64,000 bases of DNA, taken from contig CAWBAT010000009.1 of the NCBI GenBank assembly GCA_963786955.1, forward strand, positions 192,001 to 256,000, in the 5' to 3' direction. The translations under genes and the position numbers were made by a program. Below are positions 59,307 to 64,000 of this stretch, piece by piece; within the stretch, counting starts at the first letter, position 1; every line of letters begins with the position of its first letter. Under the pieces are notes generated by a model. It saw nothing but the letters and a program-made list of their open reading frames with translations, was not told the DNA's origin and made no database searches. The DNA comes from an uncultured Acidimicrobiia bacterium. Lineage in GTDB: Bacteria; Acidobacteriota; Terriglobia; Versatilivoradales; Versatilivoraceae.

Positions 59307-60728
59307 TCATTGAACCTCTTCGAAGACCGCCGGCACTTTGCCCTGCCGGACCGCGCGTTCGAGGGCTGCATGGTCGCTCTCGTTCTGATCGGCGTAGGCC
59401 AGCGAAAAAGACGCGATGGCCCGGTCGAAGGCGTTGCTTTTACCCATGTACCCGCTGAGCAGAGCGGAACTCCCGGACCGGGCGTGGGAAATGGCGAGGG
59501 CCCTTCCGCACCAGGTGGCATAGAGATCCATCTCGGAGAGACCAAACGTCTCCACGCGGATACTGATCTTGATGTCCCTCAACTGGCGGATGAAGAGATG
59601 GTGATTGACGAGCTGGCCCACGCTCCACCCGAGGAACATGTCGCTGGCGGGTTGCATGAGCCGGTAACCGTTCACAACTCGCTCGCCATGGTTCGAAAAG
59701 ACACTCGCACCGGCATAGGGCTCGAGCACCGAGGCACGCGCCTCCTTCACCTGGAGGAAGAGCGGGTCGTCCTGGCCGGCCATGAAGAGCATGACCCAGC
59801 AGTAGGTCCCGACGCTGCCGATCCCCACCACCTTGATGGCGGCGTCTCGCAGCTCGTAGCGGTCCAGCACAGATTGATAGGCTGGGAGGAGATTGGCACG
59901 GTACGCGGCGAGCATATCGAACAATGCCTGCTGAATCTGACCCGGAGGATAGGCCTCATGGTGGAAGATGGTGGGGAGCTGATCCTTGATGACGGGCATT
60001 TCTCCCTTGTGCTCCGCCAGCTTCGGGAAGATATCCTCGGCAATGCTCTTCGCCCGTTCCTTCTGCAGGCGCTTAATGCCCCGCTTGCGAAGCTCGGGGT
60101 CCTTGATGCCCGCCACCAACTCGTCTACCCCCATCGATTGGTACCACAGTTCGAGGGTCTTCATCTGGCTGAACTCGGCCATGGCTTCGCGGTAGGTGCG
60201 GACGCAGGTCATGACCACGTCCTTGGCCTGGCCATCCTTCAGGCCGTTGTCCCGGCAGGCCACGACGAAGCTAGCGGCGAGACGCTTGACGTCCCACTCC
60301 CAGGGAGCCGGCAAGGTCTCGTCAAGGTCGTTGATGGAGAAAATGACTCTCCGCTCCGGAGTGGCAAATCCGCCGAAATTACACAGGTGTGCATCTCCGC
60401 AGCACTGGACGCGAACACCCGAGGCCGGGGTGGACGCGAGGTCCGAGGCCATGGTGAGGGCCGCCCCGCGGTAAAACGTGAACGCAGAGCGGACCATGCG
60501 CCCGTGGCGGAGGGGGAGAAGGTCAGGTAGACGTCCCTTCTCCGACTCCAGAACCAGCTCGACCGGGTCCCGCCGGTCAGATGGAGCCTTCCAAACGGCG
60601 TGGGCACTGCGGGGGCAGGTCGCCCGTAAGGCCTTGCCCGCGGCATATTGCTCCGCCCGCAGCCCAGACTGGACAGGAATCTGGGCTCGCTTATCACCTG
60701 GTCGGACTGGCTTTTTCGAAGATGCCAT
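59307..60728 (-). CDS. DUF2252 domain protein
   Basis: FTFYRGAA, CGDAHLCNFG, KVVGIGSVG, LQVKEA, RQLRDIK. Confidence 0.93.
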   Translation of the reverse strand: MASSKKPVRPGDKRAQIPVQSGLRAEQYAAGKALRATCPRSAHAVWKAPSDRRDPVELVLESEKGRLPDLLPLRHGRMVRSAFTFYRGAALTMASDLASTPASGVRVQCCGDAHLCNFGGFATPERRVIFSINDLDETLPAPWEWDVKRLAASFVVACRDNGLKDGQAKDVVMTCVRTYREAMAEFSQMKTLELWYQSMGVDELVAGIKDPELRKRGIKRLQKERAKSIAEDIFPKLAEHKGEMPVIKDQLPTIFHHEAYPPGQIQQALFDMLAAYRANLLPAYQSVLDRYELRDAAIKVVGIGSVGTYCWVMLFMAGQDDPLFLQVKEARASVLEPYAGASVFSNHGERVVNGYRLMQPASDMFLGWSVGQLVNHHLFIRQLRDIKISIRVETFGLSEMDLYATWCGRALAISHARSGSSALLSGYMGKSNAFDRAIASFSLAYADQNESDHAALERAVRQGKVPAVFEEVQ

Positions 60729-60734
60729 TGTATT

Positions 60735-60871
60735 CTCCTCTGAAAATCCCCCCTTGAGGGGGGCAGCAGGCGTAGTAAGCCTGCGGGGGGTGCCGCTTTC
60801 GGTGGGTGCTGTCTTGTCGACAATGTGGACATCCCCCTGCCCCCTTCAAAGGGGGAATCGGTTATTTTCAT
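60735..60871. repeat. CTCCTCTGAAAA...TTTTCAT element with CCCCCTT..GGGGG palindromes
   Basis: Inner motif GGGG.CAGCAG...CTGCGGGGG is shared with about 23553-23597. Confidence 0.8.
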
Positions 60872-60988
60872 CCAATGTGGCGCCGCAACGCGGCATGAAA
60901 AACTCCTTGGTCGATTCTCCATCGGACCTGCGTGATGGTGGCTTCTTGCACATCAGGCCCTGCTGCGAGCTGTTGGTTGCGTCACCAT

Positions 60989-62731
60989 TCATTTCAATTC
61001 AGCCAGAGAGCGCATCGCGCGTGACAGCATGCCGCCGGAGATGTTTTTGGCTTTGAACCCGTTCTGCAACAGGATGCGCGTCGCGTAGTAGGCGCGCTGG
61101 GCGGAACGGCAGATGACGTGGATCTCGCGGTCGCGGGGAAGCTCGCCCAGGCGCGCGCGGAGCTGCGGCAGCGGGATGTTGACCGCGCCCGGCACGCTCT
61201 CCACGACCAGCTCCACCGGCTCGCGCACGTCGAGCAGGAACGCGCCGTCCAGCGAATCCCAATGACTGAGCGGCATGTCGCCGCGCAGAACATCCGCGGC
61301 CACCATCCCGGCGAAGTTGACCGGATCCTTGGCGCTGCCGAACTGCGGCGCGTAGCACAGCTCGGCTTCTTCCAGATCGTAGATCGTCGCGCCCATCTGG
61401 ATGGCCATGGCCAGGGCGCTGATCCGCTTGTCCACCGCCGGGCCGTCCTCGCCCAGCGCCTGCGCGCCGAGAACTGTCCGTTGGATTTCCGGAAGATGAA
61501 CTTCAACCCGAGCATCTTGGCCCCCGGGTAATAGCCGGCGTGCGAGTTGGGGAACAGGTAGATCTTCTCGTAGTCCGTGTCGCCGAGTTTCTTGCAGCGT
61601 TTTCTCGCTGACGCCGGTCCAGGCGGCGGCGCCGCCGAACAGCCCGATGATCGCGGTGCCCTGGGTGCCGCGGTAACGGGAGTCGCGCCCGCAGATCACG
61701 TCGGCCGCAATCCGCCCCTGCCGGTTCGCCGGCCCGGCCAGCGCAACCAGGCTCCACTGGCCGGTCCCGAAGTCCTTGACCTCGATGGCATCGCCGACGG
61801 CGAAGATATCCGGGTCGCTCGTGCGCATGTGTTCGTCAACGCGGATGCCGCCGCGTTCGCCGATCGTCGAGGCCGGCCGACTTGGCCAGCGTCGTGTCCG
61901 GCCGCACGCCGATCGCGAGGATCACGATGTCGGCCGGATACGTCTTGCCGGACTTCGTCTGCACCTCGATCGCGCCGCCGTCCAACTGCTTGAAGCCGGC
62001 CACCCCGTCGTTGAGCGCCAGCCTGGACGCCATGCTTCTTCATGTGGCCCTGGACGAGGCACGCGATCTCCGGGTCCAGCGGGGCCAGGACGTGGTCGAG
62101 GCTTCTGGATGAGGGTCACGTCGAACCCGAGGTGGACGAGGTTCTCCGCCGTCTCGAGGCCGATGAAGCCGCCGCCGACGACCACCGCGCGGCGTCACCG
62201 GCTTGACCAACTGGATCCCCGAGTAGTTGAACATCCCCGCGAGGAACGTGGTGCCTCTTCTCGATCCACTCGCGGATCGTCCTCGCGTCCGGCACGGTCC
62301 GCACATGGAAAATCCCCGGCAGATCGATGCCCGGCAGCGGCGGATGGACCGAGGGCGCGCCCGGCGACAGCACGAGCTTGTCGTAGGACTCGGTCGTGAC
62401 CTCGCCGGTCTTGACATTGCGCAGGTCCACGGTCTTCTTCTTCGGTCAGATCGCGATCGCCTCGCAGTTCGTCCGCACATCGATCGCGAACATGGTCGCG
62501 AAACAGCTGCTCGTTCGCGACCAGGAGGCTCGATTCCTTCTCGATCACGCCGCCGACATGGTAAGGCAGCCCGCAGTTCGCGTACGAGACGTACGGGCCC
62601 GCGCTCCACCATGAGGATTTCGGCTTTCTCGTCCAACCGGCGCAGACGCGCCGCACACGACGCACCGCCGGCCACTCCGCCAACGATAATGACTTTCTTT
62701 CTGCGCTCTTGCCTTTGGGTTCCATAATCAT
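60989..62731 (-). pseudogene. CoA-disulfide reductase with C-terminal rhodanese; many frameshifts (probable assembly errors)
   Basis: GGVAGGASCAARLRR, SYANCGLPY, GGGFIGLE, AVGDA, ALAGPANRQGR, YAPQFGSAKDPVN, ICRSAQR, spread over all three frames. Confidence 0.88.
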
Positions 62732-62757
62732 TGCCCCTTTTTCATATCTTTGTCATG

Positions 62758-63087
62758 TTATATATGCATTGCGGAGCCGCGCAATTTACGCAGGAACTCA
62801 ATACCGGAATTACCCGTCAGGGAGCCAATCATGACCCGGGGTTCTTCGTCGCACAGATCCATGGCGGCGAGTACACGCTGGAATTCCTCCGATCGAATAT
62901 GACGGCGAAAAGCCTTCTCTGAATCCCACATTTCCTGGTAGTCAATGCAACTATCGCCCCCCACGCACCTTCCCACCCGACAGCTACGACACCCCGGCTT
63001 CACCTCGATTTGCCCGACTACTGAAAATAGCAGTTGGGCGGCAACATCCAACTTTTCTGGCGAGTAATGCATGATGATCGAACACAT
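62758..63087 (-). CDS. ABM (antibiotic biosynthesis monooxygenase)-like protein
   Basis: KPGCRSC, EMWDSEKAFRRHIRSEEF, MDLCDEEP. Confidence 0.8.
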   Translation of the reverse strand: MCSIIMHYSPEKLDVAAQLLFSVVGQIEVKPGCRSCRVGRCVGGDSCIDYQEMWDSEKAFRRHIRSEEFQRVLAAMDLCDEEPRVMIGSLTGNSGIEFLRKLRGSAMHI

Positions 63088-63129
63088 CTTTAAGTTTAGA
63101 GATTCGTTCGTACCCATGTCCGTCTCTAG

Positions 63130-63145
63130 TGCATTATCCATGCCA
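63130..63145 (-). promoter_or_regulatory. Sigma54 (-24/-12) promoter
   Basis: TGGCATGGATAATGCA (GG-N10-GC) upstream of the ABM gene and downstream of a sigma54 activator gene. Confidence 0.7.
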
Positions 63146-63324
63146 CCTTGTGAAGACAATGCGGAATGAGCCGTAAACGTTTCTTTGTGAACAGTTTGCA
63201 ATGACGCCCTACAAATGAACAACAGACGTGGCCACAGCTGAAACGGCGATATGCCGTTAATATGACGAAATATCGTCGCTCGGATTGAGTTGAAGGAGAC
63301 TTGGAAAAGTAGAAGGGATTCCCC

Positions 63325-63587
63325 TGGGAGCGCGGGCGTCCCGCCCGCAGTGGCGGCCTTTTAGGCCGCTTGGGAGCGGGCGAGGACGCCTGCACCACAA
63401 GATTGTGGTGCGGGCCTCCGGCCTGCACAAATGTTCAAACTCTAGAGCCGGAGTCATCGACCCAGACCGGCCTCGCCGAGGGATGAAAATGTGGGAGGGG
63501 CTCTCCGAGCCGCGACCTGGGTGGCATCAACTTAAACGGTCGCCTGTCGGAGACGGCCTCCCACTTTGATAGTTATTTTCAGAGGAG
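63325..63587. repeat. REP cluster plus ATGAAAA...TTTTCAGAGGAG shell carrying a GTGGGAG REPIN
   Basis: CTGGGAGCGCGGGCGTCCCGCCCGC; GTGGGAGGGGCTCTCCGAG...TCGGAGACGGCCTCCCAC. Confidence 0.75.
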
Positions 63588-63593
63588 AGGAGT

Positions 63594-64000
63594 TTAGCGG
63601 GAATTCGGACGGGATATGCCCAGCTTCTTCATCCGGGAATGGAGCGTGGTGGGAATAACTCCCAGGATTTCGGCGGCACCCTGCTTGCCCCTGATCCGCC
63701 AGTGCACACGTTCGAGCACGTCGCAGATGTGTTTTCGCTCCACTTCCTCTAACGTCAGGGGCGGAGACTGCGGGCCAGATTCAACAGTCGGCAGCTCGAT
63801 CTTCAGCGAGCGGCCTGTGCTCGTAATCATTGCCCGTTCGATTTGATTCCGCAGTTCGCGAACATTGCCCGGCCAGGAATAATCTTTGAGCTGTTCCATG
63901 ACCTGCCTAGGAATCGATTCTATCGACTTTCCCATCTTCTTGTTGAACTCCTGCACAAATCTCCAGACCAGGAGCGGGATGTCCGGAACTCTTGAACGCA
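63594..64000 (-). CDS. Sigma54-dependent activator (FhlA/NtrC type), C-terminal part
   Basis: PDIPLLV, YSWPGNVRELRN, Fis-type HTH GAAEILG...TLHSRMKKLGI. Confidence 0.93.
   Translation of the reverse strand, partial: RSRVPDIPLLVWRFVQEFNKKMGKSIESIPRQVMEQLKDYSWPGNVRELRNQIERAMITSTGRSLKIELPTVESGPQSPPLTLEEVERKHICDVLERVHWRIRGKQGAAEILGVIPTTLHSRMKKLGISRPNSR

Noticed and set aside
50735-60530. Long plus-strand ORFs (e.g. 50735..51751, 51860..52744, 59310..60530)
   Set aside because: Antisense shadows of GC-rich minus-strand genes

Overview
Bacterial chromosome segment, most likely from an Acidobacteriota genome (inferred from the TonB-dependent receptor type and gene order). Positions 1-39.1 kb are mostly housekeeping and metabolic genes: a TBDR running off the left edge, alaC, ROK kinase, xylB, sugar ABC ATPase, aroC, S2P-trpS-scpA-scpB-rluB, ccsA-hemA-hemC-cobA/hemD, ttcA, mqnC, an M28 peptidase, apbE and an ArgE/DapE enzyme. 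Positions 39.1-64 kb form an all-minus-strand accessory island headed by a sigma54 activator and a sigma54 promoter. It is rich in sulfur/redox genes (rhodaneses, CoA-disulfide reductase, SulP, DszB-like protein, nitroreductase, AhpD-like protein) and uncharacterised DUFs. The most unusual signals are structural. (1) Composite repeats consist of MITE-like shells carrying REP/REPIN palindromes, and two of them sit in frame inside genes for exported proteins (apbE +312 bp, M28 peptidase +102 bp). (2) One repeat family has an end (TTTTCWRAGGAG) that supplies the Shine-Dalgarno of three island genes. (3) A GxxExxY nuclease gene is bracketed by inverted short repeats and has a tandem, internally deleted copy. 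(4) A REP-flanked Y1 transposase (RAYT) is present. (5) The island spacers are made of 5' and 3' scraps of genes, including a SulP that sits between the two ends of a different SulP. Frameshifts in trpS, aroC and cdr are probably assembly errors. No rRNA, tRNA or CRISPR array was seen. Family calls come from motif recognition only; no database search was run.
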